A stretch of 64,000 bases of DNA from Octopus bimaculoides (taxonomy: Eukaryota). Shown here piece by piece: positions 1-11,140 of this stretch. The stretch spans positions 131,363,951 to 131,427,950 of the forward strand of contig NC_068982.1 in NCBI RefSeq assembly GCF_001194135.2, in the 5' to 3' direction. The notes under the pieces are model-generated. The model searched no databases, was not told the origin of the DNA, and saw only the letters and a program-made list of their open reading frames with translations. Both the position numbers and the translations under genes were made by a program. Position 1 is the stretch's first letter. Every line of letters begins with the position of its first letter.

Positions 1-914
1 CAACACAGAGAATTAAAACATAAAGGAAATTGAAACCAGTTTGTGAAATTGGTTTGGTTAGTACTGTTGCTCAAGTTAAAACCGTTAGCTGATCCTTTGG
101 TGCCTTTAGAGGAGTTAACTCTGTTGTGAGCAATCCATTTTTGATCCACATCTTTTCTTCAGTTTGTTCAGGTTTGGCTTTGGCTGCATCACTCTCACCA
201 CTTTGGGAAGGCTTCCCAAAGATCATTAGCCCTGCATCTCCTCACTAATCAATTAACTTAATTTTTAGAATGATTCTATAGGGCTGGTGTGAGAGGCCAG
301 AGTTGGCCAGTTTTAATATAAAACAGGAAGAATATTTTGGCCGGATACAGCTAGTTTAAATGTTAAACAGTTAAACCTTAGTATGAAATTATTAGCTGGT
401 TCTCTTTGTTTTTGCTTTAACTTCAAAATTTTAGACCAGTCTGAGATAAGACTTTCTTTAGGTTTAAATCCTTCAGATCAACAATCTTAAAGTGATGTAG
501 ATTATCTTTCAGCTTGATGGTTGCACTGATGCCACATAACACTGTAAATTTTGGCTTAACAAGTTCATACTTTGCGTCATGAACAGTTCTGAGTTAAACC
601 TATTGTCTCAGAACTTTGCCTAAAAACATACATTATAGACTTAGCTTTGTTGTAATTGTGTAGTCACTGTAATAATTTGCTCTTGGATCAGTAATACAGC
701 CAAGTTCTAATACATTTTATTCTACAAGCAAAACCTATTAAATATTTTATTCTACAAGTTAAACCTATTAAACAACAAATAACTGAATGACTTGAAAATT
801 GCAGTAGAAGTGATTCATTATATTCTTCTTTATCCTGTCTTGCATTTGGGAAGAAATGCTGCAATAGTGGAAACATGGGTCATTCAACAAATTCTTCTGG
901 TCAAAACCATTGTA

Positions 915-1101
915 CAGTAATCCCTCAACTATCATGGGTGTTACTTTCCAAAACTTCCCACAGAAATAATTAAAATCTAAAAAAATATAAATATCTATCT
1001 GCTGCAGAAACCCACGATATAAATTTACATACATTAGCCAGAAAAATCCGCAATGTACTGAGTGTGCGATAGGTGAACTGCGATATAGCGAGGGATTACT
1101 G
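915..1101. mobile_element. Tc1/mariner-superfamily (Tigger/pogo-type) MITE
   Basis: Perfect 12 bp TIRs CAGTAATCCCTC / GAGGGATTACTG, flanked by TA at 913-914 and 1102-1103; 187 bp with no coding capacity. Confidence 0.8.
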
Positions 1102-1269
1102 TATTCTACCAAGTTTGGCCACAATGTTAAAGGTATGGATCAAGCAATTTGATAATGAGGAAGTAATTTTGAATATTAATTATGCAACAAATGATGAATT
1201 ACAACTGGTTAATTGTAAATTGAATCGACAATAAGTTCAAATATAATTGGACTCTGGTACAACATTTTC

Positions 1270-1975
1270 AAGGACCCAGCAAGCCAAGTGAGACCATAAT
1301 CCGTGGCCTCTGCCAGGGGTGTAGCTAGCTCACTTATTCGTACCTTTACTTCATGGGACACTAAACTCTGCATGCGAAGACCTTTTGAGACAAGTGAAAT
1401 CGAAATCAAACGAAATTCGACGACTGTCACCCATGCCAACCCCTCCTTCATTGGACACTAAACTCTGCTTGCGAAGACCTGTTGAGGCAAGTGAAATCGA
1501 AATCGTAATTGAACCAAATTCGATGACTGGCACCTGTGCCAGTGGAGCGCTAACAGCATCGTCCGAACGTGATCATTGCCACAGTAGCTGTCTAGCTTCC
1601 ATGCCAGTGGCACGTAAATAGCACCATTTGAGCATGATCGTTACCAACGTCGCCTTACTGGCACGTGAAAAATCATTCGAGTGAGGTCGTTGCGAGTGCC
1701 GCTGGACTGGCTCCTGTGTAGGTGGCACATAAAAAACACCATTTTGAGCGTGGCCGTTGCCAGTACCGCCTGACTGGCCCTCGTGCCAGCAGCATGGAAA
1801 AGAACCCACTACACTCTCGGAGTGGTTGGCATTAGGAAGGGCATCCAGCTGTAGAAACTCTGCCAGATCAGATTGGAGCCTGGTGCAGCCATCCGGTTCG
1901 CCAGTCCTCAGTCAAATCGTCCAACCCATACTAGCATGGAAAGCGGATGTTAAACGATGATGATGATGATGATGA
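1270..1975 (+). mobile_element. RTE-type retroposon 3' end (RTE LINE 3' UTR or RTE-mobilised SINE), longest copy in the window
   Basis: Ends CCAACCCATACTAGCATGGAAAGCGGATGTTAAAC(GAT)n. Contains an internal ~97 bp duplication (around 1350 and 1447) and repeated GGCACGTAAA..GCACC modules. There are at least 12 further copies in the window. The 5' boundary is approximate. Confidence 0.8.
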
Positions 1976-3424
1976 GTTCCACTGTTACCATTAATCATCA
2001 AACCGATTGACTGACATTTAACTTTACATAACAGTTCAAAACCTGAGATACTTGATACTATAATAGCTTTGCTTGACAATGGAGATTACAAAAACCAACT
2101 CTAGTTTTGCTATGGCTATTAGCCCTTACAACTTTGGGTTAATCTGTGCAGATATTCTGAAAGGTACACTATATTATTATGCTTTTACCCACAATAAAAT
2201 GCTATAACACTAATATTTTAGTAGGTGCGGTAAACAATAACATTTCTTCAACATGCCCAATTCTAGTATACATAAAAAGAAAAGAAGCTTGAAATGAACT
2301 TCACAATCTTGACATAATGGTAATTACAACTTGATGTCTTCATGAATGCCTCAACAATGCATCACCAATAGTTTGGGTGTGAAAAAAAGACAGTAAATTA
2401 AGAGTGTGCTGACTGCAAAGTATACCTAAATGACTTTCTCAGTTCAAATAATGTTCTCTGATATGTAAAGAGCATAATTTTCTCCTCAATTGACTTAGTG
2501 TGCATGCTGGCAAATTTGGAATATGATTCTAAGAGATGGTGTGTGAGCAATGGTCTTCACTTAATCGATAAACTTCAGATAAATCTAAAAAATAACAGTT
2601 CCATTTTCCAGTGTTTGGAATCTATCAAATAATAATAATAATGAAATTATTGTATACATGTTCAGGTGCACTACAACTTGTCAAAAGTGCGTATAAAGCA
2701 TATGCAGGTAGTTAATGGCATAAGTATATTTCAGGCTGACATACTCATCTTTGTAGTAATCCAAAATAAAGTGAAGAATCAAAATGATGCAGTTATTGTA
2801 AAAGTATAAGGTACCAATGTAATGATTAACCTAAATCATTGATTTGGATTACTTATCGCAGGTGCAAACAATCAAGTCTGCTGAGAAAGGTTACTGTCCA
2901 TCAACTGGAAAGTTTGATGAGTATTTAATAACTCTTTTGATACCAACCCACCTGAGACGATCCCTGGTTCTATGAAAGAAACTTCATGTTTTGCAGTAAT
3001 ATAAATTAAAACATTTCATCCAACTTTAATGTTAACTTATGTTCCAAATATGAGCTTATTTTACTTAATTATAATTTTCAAAATTGATTAAAATAATGGT
3101 AGTGTATTTCAATAATAAAATAGAGTAGCAAAAAGGTTAAAAGTCTTTTCAGCCATTTCAATGAATCTGAGAACTTACTTGGCTGAGTCGAGTAATTGTC
3201 GACCCTTTTCACAAGGTTGAACAAATGGTTTGTTACAAGAGCAAGATAATGGAACTTCCTATCGATGTACATTGCCTGATTCATTCTGGCTGAAATCAAC
3301 CTAGATTAAATGTGGATAGGAAATTGTTCAGTTGGCATCAAATGAACAAATAACTTCTAAATATCCTTCTCCAAGCATTTGCTAATCAGCATAATGTTAT
3401 CAATGGGTCAGCATCAATTAATTT

Positions 3425-3705
3425 CGCCGGACTGGCCCTCGTGTGTACCGCCGGACTGGCCCTCGTGTGTACCACCGGACTGGCCCTCGTGTATACCGCC
3501 GGACTAGCCCTCGTGCCGGTGGCACGTAAAAAGCACCCACTACACTCTCAGAGTGGTTGGCGTTAAGAAGGGCATCCAGCTGTAGAAACTCTGCCAGATC
3601 AGATTGGAGTCTGGTGTAGCCATCCGGTTTGCCAGTCCCCCAGTCAAATCGTTCAACCCATGCTAGCATGGAAAGCGTACGCTAAATGATGATGATGATG
3701 ATGAT
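3425..3705 (+). mobile_element. 5'-truncated RTE-type retroposon end with a 24 bp tandem repeat at its 5' junction
   Basis: Same (GAT)n-tailed family. About 3.8 copies of CGCCGGACTGGCCCTCGTGTGTAC at 3425-3514. Confidence 0.85.
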
Positions 3706-5065
3706 CTCCTGTTGAGCTGCCATTTGGTCATGTGATACACTATAGCAATGTTTCCAACAGGTCAACATTGTCAACAATGTCACAGTAAAGGATTGCAAGA
3801 CAGTTTCTTCAAGCCAAGTCAATTGGCAGGAATCCTAAGGTTAGACCACATGCAAAGTGGTTGGATACTAGTCATAATCTCAGCCGGTTATGCTTGGGTG
3901 TCTAGAAGGAAATTCTAATGGCAATTCTTTCTGATAGGACTCTATGGAGGAGGTGCCTGAGGATTCTACACTCATTATTCTCCCAGAAATAGTGGGTGAC
4001 AAAAATGGATGGTTGGACGGACTCCACCTACTGTTTGCTTTTAATAGTCTATCTCCCACACCTTCCTTACTACCAATATTTCTAAATCATGCTCCACCTT
4101 GTAGGAACTTAATAAGAAATATTATAACATCACAAATGAGCTGCAAAATTGCAAAAGGAATTCACAAGCCACTAACATTGGATAACATGATTTATCTTTC
4201 CTGACTGGAGTAATGTTATATTTATAGTATTTTATTATTAAGTATATACACCTTGTCTTTACTGCTCACTGTATCTATCTACCCTGTCTGTGATGTCATT
4301 ATGTTAATATTGTCACATTCTATATGTTTTGCATACCTGCACATGGTTAGGACTATTTAATGTGACTATCAGTTTGATGTTAAAATCAGTTTTACAGTAT
4401 GCCACTCAGACAACATTTGTTAACCACAAAGTCTCCGTTTTGACAGATGTCTGAAGTTTTGAATTTACTCAGTTGTGTGTGTTATTGTAAATACAACACC
4501 CATTCACATCTTTCCATAGATGTGTTGGCCAGGCATTAACTACACCATTCTCACCAGTTTAGGATAATCTGCAAAACTGGTGAGAATGATGTATTGGGTC
4601 AAGTCATAAATAATTTCCATTTTTTGGAAGTAAATTGTAACAATGCATTTCAAACTTCAGGTGTTTAAAATTGAGATGGCAGCTACTATTTTTAAAAGAG
4701 CCTCATCCAACCATAAAAACCCTGTCAAAACCGACAAAGAAGCCTGGCGTAGTTTTCAACCTTGCTGGTTCCTGTCAACTGTCCTACCCATGCATGCATA
4801 AAAGATGGACACTAAATGATGATGATGATGATGATATTATGTGTGTGTGTATGTGTCTCCTTGACATCACATGATGGATGTAAAATGAGTGCTACCACCA
4901 TACAGGAAGAGCCTTTCATTTCCATCTTTTGGGTTGAACATGTCTGGCCATGGAAAAATAGCATTACCTTACTTGGAAACAGGTGAGGGTTGGGGAAAGT
5001 TAACATCTCTCTGTAGAGAGCCTGTCTCAGTAAACTCTGTACCACCTATATAAGCACGGAAAAGT

Positions 5066-5279
5066 CATCATCATCATCATCATCATCATCGTTTAACGTT
5101 CGCTTTCCATGCTAGCATGAGTTGGACGATTTGACTGAGAACTGGCGAACCAGATGGCTATGCCAGGCTCCAATCTGATCTAGCAGAGTTTCTACAACTG
5201 GATGCCCTTCCTAACGCTAACCACTCCGAGAGTGTAGTGGGTGCTTTTACGTTCCACCAGCACGATTTACGTGTCACCT
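5066..5279 (-). mobile_element. RTE-type retroposon end nested in an older SINE 3' part (about 4840-5315)
   Basis: (CAT)n tail at 5066. Flanked by the near-direct repeats GCACGGAAAAGT (5054-5065) and GCACGAAAAGT (5280-5290), consistent with a target-site duplication. Confidence 0.75.
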
Positions 5280-5688
5280 GCACGAAAAGTGGAACATTAA
5301 AATGATGGTGATGATTGTGATATATTCTTTGATATGTATATGGATAGATTTATTCTTTGAATGTATCATTGTTTTGTTTCACAGTCTGCTTTGTGCCTGT
5401 ATCACAGCTAGACTATCAATTGTCAGTGATATTATCAATAAACTCCATCTCAATAGTTTGTAAACATCCACTTCTCCCAATCTAACACTGACATATCAAA
5501 ATAAATATGCAAAGCCACTGCCATGTTGATTTTATTATGTAAATAATATAATCTGTTACATATGGTAGGAGAGCAGTGAAAACATTGGAAGAAGTGGTTA
5601 GATCACATAATATTAGACCACATGTCAGAGATGATAAAATGAACAAGTGGTTTGTTATGTCACACTGTTGTCCCATTCAGCCAATATT

Positions 5689-5897
5689 CTTTTCTACTTT
5701 AGGCACAAGGCCCGAAATTTGGGGAGAGGGGCCAGTCAATTAGATCGATCCCAGTATGCAACTGGTACTTAATTTATCGACCCCAAAAGGATGAAAGGCA
5801 AAGTTGACCTCGGCGGAATTTGAACTCAGAACGTAAAGACATGAAATACAGCTAAGCATTATTGCCCAGCGTGCTAACGTTTCTGCCAGCTTGCTAC
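5689..5897 (-). mobile_element. tRNA-derived SINE, family A
   Basis: Read on the - strand: head GAGCTGGCAGAA..., B-box-like GAGTTCAAATTC, body AAGTACCAG...GGGATCGA, tail GGCCTTGTGCCT. It recurs more than 20 times in the window. I cannot assign it to a published family name. Confidence 0.8.
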
Positions 5898-5966
5898 CTC
5901 CCATTCAGCCAATATTAGCATAGACATAAACCAATAAAACAAAGTGAGCTGTTTTTCTCTTTTCAG

Positions 5967-6139
5967 CTGAACAGATATGAAGAGTTTATGTTGGAACAGG
6001 TCAGGAAAAGACTGAAATCACAGCGGTTACTCTTGATTTATCATCATTTACCTATGACAGCTGCAGAGAAGAAAACCATGCAATACCAGATCTCCACTCA
6101 AGGCTTCAAATTATTTTATGCCAACACCAAACTTATGAA
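5967..6139 (+). CDS. MRPL10: Mitochondrial ribosomal protein L10 (uL10m), internal coding exon; 5' exon(s) not found in the window
   Basis: TTTTCAG acceptor and GTGAGT donor. Encodes LNRYEEFMLEQVRKRLKSQRLLLIYHHLPMTAAEKKTMQYQISTQGFKLFYANTKLM plus AA, which joins the G of the next exon to give Lys. Resembles the L10 region of human MRPL10 (recalled: [20 protein letters not shown]...AEDK...KVFPNQVLK). Confidence 0.88.
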
Positions 6140-7748
6140 GTGAGTTTATTTTTTTAATTTAAATCTGCTTGTTAGTTTCTATGCTAATTAATGCTTTTTA
6201 TACTAACCCATGTAAGGCTGCCCTAGGTTCATTAATACAAACTCCCTCATTTAATGTGATCAAAATTTCATGTAATTTTTCCTTTTCTTCCAAACACCAG
6301 CTTAATCATGGAAATGTTGTTTTACTAAATACTTCATTACATTATTTTCCAAATTAATAGAAGCAAAAACAGCTTATTTCAACAGAACTATGGTAACAAA
6401 AGGGTTAAGTAGCCAACTGATTTAAAAGCCTACACGTGACAAGTTTTTGTGTTAACACTGGTTTAATAATCTTCATGGCTTTAGGTCAAGCTAAAAATAG
6501 TAGCCACTTGTTACAAATATTTATGCAACTATTAACTTCATATTTTTATACTCTCAATATTGATCAATGAACTGACATTAGTACATCAGGTAATGTAACT
6601 CATGGTTACTAAAATAGGTAAAAAAAACCATCATGAAGTTGTGATTAAAATGGAAATTTTTCAGAAAGACATTGATTTTATTTATACTTTCTCTATTTTA
6701 TACCACTCATATTTATCATGTGTAATCATTTTTTTTTAATTCTCTTTTCAAATGTTAGCTTTGCCTGTTGCTTGTGTTTTGAAACTATTGTACTTAAATC
6801 CAATGTTTAATTATTGTTTCTGTTGATGTTATTTTTGTTGGATAATCAATTCAGTTGTGCTTGGACAGAATGTGATGTGGAGATAGAACTAGTCATTTAA
6901 TTTATGTTTTTGTCTTTGTCTGTCTCACATTTATTGTAGAGAAAACTGTTCCATTCAAAAATAGTCATAAATTTTGCACTAGTTAAAAAGGTTTCTTTGT
7001 TTATATCATGCTTCTAGTGTTGCTGATATTGGTGTTGCTGCAACACTCTTCCTTATGTTTTATCTACTGAATGTTTAATGTTCAGCCTTGCACCCCAGTG
7101 AAAATTCTCATTAATTATATTGTTGTGCCTCTGTTGCACATATTAATGACTTATACCTCTTTCCATGGTAATTATTTAATTCAAAAGAAATACTATTTTG
7201 TTTCACAACTGTTTACAAGCCATTGTTAATAGTCTCTAGATAAATGGTAACCACTTTGTCAATTTACTATATTTGATGGTATAAAATGTACTCAGGCTTA
7301 GTAGACACATCCCAATTTCAGCAGCACATATTCAAGAAAAAATATTTTTGTGCTTTAAAGCATGTAATATTGAAAGCAATTTTGCATATAGGTCCTTGGT
7401 TGATTTTTTTTAAGACAACATTTTTGAGGAAAAATTGCATCTTATATGCCATCAAATATGGTATTCTTAATACTCTGTGGAAAACAAGTTTCTTTAGTAG
7501 GTCTTCTTGATTCAATAAAAGTTATAAATTATTTTAGTTTTTGAAAATATAATCAAAAGAACTAATGAATGAGTCTGTACATAATTTACATTATTGCTTT
7601 TGTTTAATGTTAGAAACACTATTATGTTATTCAATGACAGTTTGATTGTTGTATTGTTTTATTATCCTCCACCGGTGAACCAAACTCAATCAAACCAATG
7701 ACACAGAGGTAATTAATTTGTTATTGTTGCTTTCTTTTTATTTTATAG

Positions 7749-7885
7749 GACAGCACTGGCTGAAACTCGATGGGCAAATCTTTGTCAGAGCATCACTCAG
7801 TTTACCTGCTTTATATCAAGTGAATCTTTAAAAGTCAGTGATTTATTGAAATGTACCCACAGTATGGCAAAATTAATATTACTTG
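7749..7885 (+). CDS. MRPL10: MRPL10 internal coding exon
   Basis: TTTTATAG acceptor and GTAAG donor. The 137 nt exon (1+135+1) encodes TALAETRWANLCQSITQFTCFISSESLKVSDLLKCTHSMAKLILL and is phase-compatible with both neighbouring exons. Confidence 0.9.
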
Positions 7886-8412
7886 GTAAGAAAAATACCT
7901 AATTTAAAAAAAAAATATAACTTTGGTATTCTTCCTTCTGTTATTCTCTTCATTTTCATCCTTTCATAGTAATTCTGTCCCATTCATCATAGGGGCTTTC
8001 TTTCGCTTTGTAAGTTGCAAGATGATCCGAACAGTGCTGGTGCTACAAAAGCACCCAGTACACTTTGTCGGGTGAGGGCCAGTCAATTAGATCGATCCCA
8101 GTATGCAACTGGTACTTGATTTATCGACCCCAAAAGGATGAAAGGCAAAGCTGACCTCAGCAACAATGATTGACAATCAATTTGAGCTATGACAATGCTG
8201 GGTTTGAGAGGACTCCTTGGTCTAACTGACAGAAAAGCAACCCCTATAGTGCTGGTGACACAAAAAAATGCTCCCAAAATGCTTGGTAAAGTGGTTAATC
8301 CCACCCTTTCTTCTGGACAAGTACAGCCTATCGGTGTCTCCACTCTTAGGTTGGAAGCTCTCTGGGCACTGTCAATATTTTTCTTGTCTTCATATCTATG
8401 TTCATCAGTTTG

Positions 8413-9070
8413 CAGCAAGCTGGCAAAATCGTTAGCACACTAGACAAACTACTTAGCAGCCTTTTGTTCATCTTTATATTCTGAGTTCAAATTCTGCCAT
8501 GGTTGACTTTGCCTTTCATTCTTTTGGGGGTTGATGAAATAAATGCCAGTCAAACACTGTGGTCAATGTAATCAACTAGCCCCAACTCCCAAAATTTCAA
8601 GCCTTTGCCTATAGTAGAAAGGATTGTCATCATTAAAGCTGTGAGCTGGCAGAATTGTTAGCACATCAAATAAAATATTTATTGGCGTTTAGTCCATATT
8701 TATGTTCTATGTTCAAATGCTGTTGAAGTCGACTTTGCCTTTCATCTTTTGGGGTAATTGAAATAAATAACAGTCAAGTACTGGGGTGGATGTAATCGAC
8801 ATACCCAATTCCCTAAAATTGTTGGCCTTGTTCCATAATTTGAAACCATTACTATTATCATCATTTTGGTGAGCTGGCAGAACCATCATAGGATCTGAAA
8901 AAATGTTTTCAGTATTTGTTCTGTTTTTTTATATTCTGGTTTCAAACCCCATTATCTTTCATCTGTTTTTGGTCAATAGAATAAAGTACCAGTCAAGTAC
9001 TGGGGTTGACAGTATGAACTAACCTACTATCTCAAAATTTCAATCCTTGTGCCTATATGAAAGCAATTAT
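8413..9070 (+). mobile_element. Three family A SINEs in head-to-tail tandem (about 8413-8632, 8639-8862, 8868-9070)
   Basis: Each restarts with (G)AGCTGGCA.AA just after the ATT-rich tail of the previous copy. An opposite-strand fragment lies at 8074-8160. Confidence 0.8.
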
Positions 9071-9074
9071 AGCT

Positions 9075-9428
9075 AAGCGGTGGTTAAGAAGTTCACTTCT
9101 TAATCATAGGGTTTCAGGTCAGTCTCACTGTGTAGATCTTGAGAAAGTGCCTTCTTTAGCCTTGGGCTGACCAAAGCCTTGTAAGTGGATTTGGTTACCA
9201 GAAACTGAAAGAAGCTCATCCTGTATATACGTACGTGTGTGTGTGTGTCTTTGCCTTGAGAACACACAAGTTGTGAACTGGTGCCATTATCATGTAAGTA
9301 GTGTCATTCATTTCCTCTCAGCTGGGAGTTCATGACAGGAAAGGCATTTGGCTATAGAAAACTTGCTTCAGTGAATTCCTTGCAAACATAGAAAAGTGGA
9401 CATTAAAAACAATGGCACTGATGATGAG
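9075..9428 (+). mobile_element. tRNA-derived SINE, family C, with internal (TG)n. Further copies: about 16590-16790 (+), 53815-53975 (+), 60270-60765 (+), 49880-50050 (-), 12215-12330 (-)
   Basis: Head with A/B-box-like GTGGTTAAGAAG...GGTTCAGTC, then AAAGCCTTGT.AGTGGATTTGG...AAACTGAAAGAAGC, then (TG)n, then an RTE-like tail AAGTGGACATTAAA(GAT). Confidence 0.7.
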
Positions 9429-9699
9429 AGCACACTTTCTTTGAAATCTATCCCAAAGCATCCTTAACTTTCAGGTATTGAAATTAATGGGGTCAGTAAT
9501 TTGATCTTATCATGTCAAAAACACTTCAGAAGATTAACATAAGGTCCCATCACCCCACTCCACATTGCTTGTGGAGGCATATGGCTCAGTGGTTAGGGTA
9601 TTGGACTCACAATCGTAAAAAGTGAAAGGCTTCCAACAACTAAAAAACCTTAAGAATTAATTTACAAATATCATCAACGCAAGGATCTAGCATTGTTAG

Positions 9700-10260
9700 T
9701 CCACATTATTTTGTAAGGGGCATAGAGCCAGTTTCCCAGCTTCTCTGGTGTATATATTCTTCCCTGGACAGGATGCTGGCCTGTCACAGGATAACTCATT
9801 TTGGCCAACTAAGTGGACTGGAACAAAGTGAAATAACTGATTTGCTTAAGAACACAATGGTCCAGGAATTGAAACCACAATCTTACGATTGTGAGTCCAA
9901 CACCCTAACCACTAAGCTATATGCCTCCACAAGCATTTAGTATAGTAATTTAAAATTGTATCTTCATGACAAAGTTTTCACTTATTAGTATTTCCTGAAA
10001 CATATTTGATTTCTTGTGAAGACGTGTTACTTGGTGGTTAGGGTGTTGCACATGGCAAGGTTTTGATTCTCAGACTGGATGGTGCATTGTCTTGAGCAAA
10101 ACACTTCATTTTATGTTACTCCAGTCCACCCAGCTTTAAATGAGTAGCCCCTGCAATAGACTTGTGTCCTGTCCAGGAGGTATGTTGTGATCTTGGTCAC
10201 TTATTTGCCATGGAAAGTGGGTAACTAGCCCTATGGGTTCTAGAACTTGAGACAGTATTA
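9700..10260. mobile_element. tRNA-derived SINE family D: - copy about 9700-9935 and + copy about 10035-10260; isolated head at 9566-9618 (+). Further copies at about 13195-13370 (-) and 17745-17850 (+)
   Basis: tRNA-like head GGCT.AGTGGTTAGGGTGTTGGACTCAC..TCGTAAG...GGTTTC.ATTCC, followed by TTCTTGAGCAA.ACACTT. Confidence 0.75.
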
Positions 10261-10408
10261 ACCATTTTTTAGTTGATTATTCATAAATATGACTCCATAT
10301 TCTTCTGTCAGAAAACATCCACAGACTTCTTTACCTGAGTACTTAAACTTATTCCTTGCAGATACAAAAGTTTCAATGCGTTAATCATGCTTTCTTTTTA
10401 CCTTTCAG

Positions 10409-10605
10409 GTGGTGCTATAGAAAACCATTTATTAACTCGTGACGGAGTTGTAGCATTCTCTAAATTATCATTAGAAAATGTTCAAAGCCAGTTGGTGGGT
10501 TTGCTGGCATCCAACAGTGCCACTGCTTCCAGTCTACTTGATCATCACCAGAGACAGCTTGTAGCAAATCTAAAACAGTTATCAATACAAGACTCTCAAG
10601 ACTAA
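10409..10605 (+). CDS. MRPL10: MRPL10 terminal coding exon
   Basis: CTTTCAG acceptor. Encodes GGAIENHLLTRDGVVAFSKLSLENVQSQLVGLLASNSATASSLLDHHQRQLVANLKQLSIQDSQD*, matching the recalled MRPL10 C-terminus [22 protein letters not shown]...QGELVGGL...SLLQHQ. Confidence 0.92.
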
Positions 10606-11134
10606 ATCATAAACATTAATTTATTGTCATCAGTTATTAATTACTGTTTTTGGAATTGCATCAGTTTTAAGAAAAAAAAAACAAAATTCATTTGAAAACA
10701 ATGATGTTTTTGTGTAATCTTTTTTATTATGTATTGATATCTTTTTTGTTGTTTACCTTTATTTTCCCAGCTAACTGGATGTTATGGCTTTTATTGGATC
10801 AAATGCTTTTACTAACTGCTAGATGTTAAATTTTATGCATCTGGACAACAACGATGACTCTACTTTCTTCAACAAGCCTGATGAATAGAATATATTCTGT
10901 CCTCTTAACTGTTCACTGCTTAGCAATGGCAAAACATCTGACTATAGTTCTACATTTCTTTCCTATTTGGTTTCATCAACCAATTTGGCTGTAAAATTAA
11001 TTTGTAAATTATATCACATTAAGATATTGTAATTAACAATTACCAAAACAATGAAGAAAGTGGTTTGATTAAAGCTTATTATTTACACCACATAATTGCT
11101 GAAAGGTGGTGTTGCAACTTAGTAGAAGTCATAA

Positions 11135-11140
11135 AATAAA
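11135..11140 (+). promoter_or_regulatory. Candidate polyadenylation signal for MRPL10
   Basis: An AATAAA about 530 nt after the stop codon. AT-rich DNA makes chance hits common. Confidence 0.3.

Noticed and set aside
60-260. Open - strand frame GDAGLMIFGKPSQSGESDAAKAKPEQTEEKMWIK
   Set aside because: It has stops on both sides and no splice signals. It may be a retroelement remnant, but I could not assign it.
768-1133. 118 aa - strand ORF and an apparent + strand AG...GT exon at about 1006-1133
   Set aside because: Both overlap the Tigger-type MITE at 915-1101 and show no similarity to MRPL10 or any protein I recognise.
1-5966. Search for the 5' MRPL10 exon(s)
   Set aside because: No phase 0 donor with an MRPL10-like N-terminal peptide was found, so they probably lie upstream of the window.
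9566-9618. tRNA-like sequences here and at other SINE heads
   Set aside because: There is no complete cloverleaf or acceptor stem, and they continue into SINE bodies, so they are not called tRNA genes.
10877-10910. CTGATGA followed by a small hairpin in the MRPL10 3' region, a possible hammerhead
   Set aside because: No GAAA, stem III or cleavage triplet follows.
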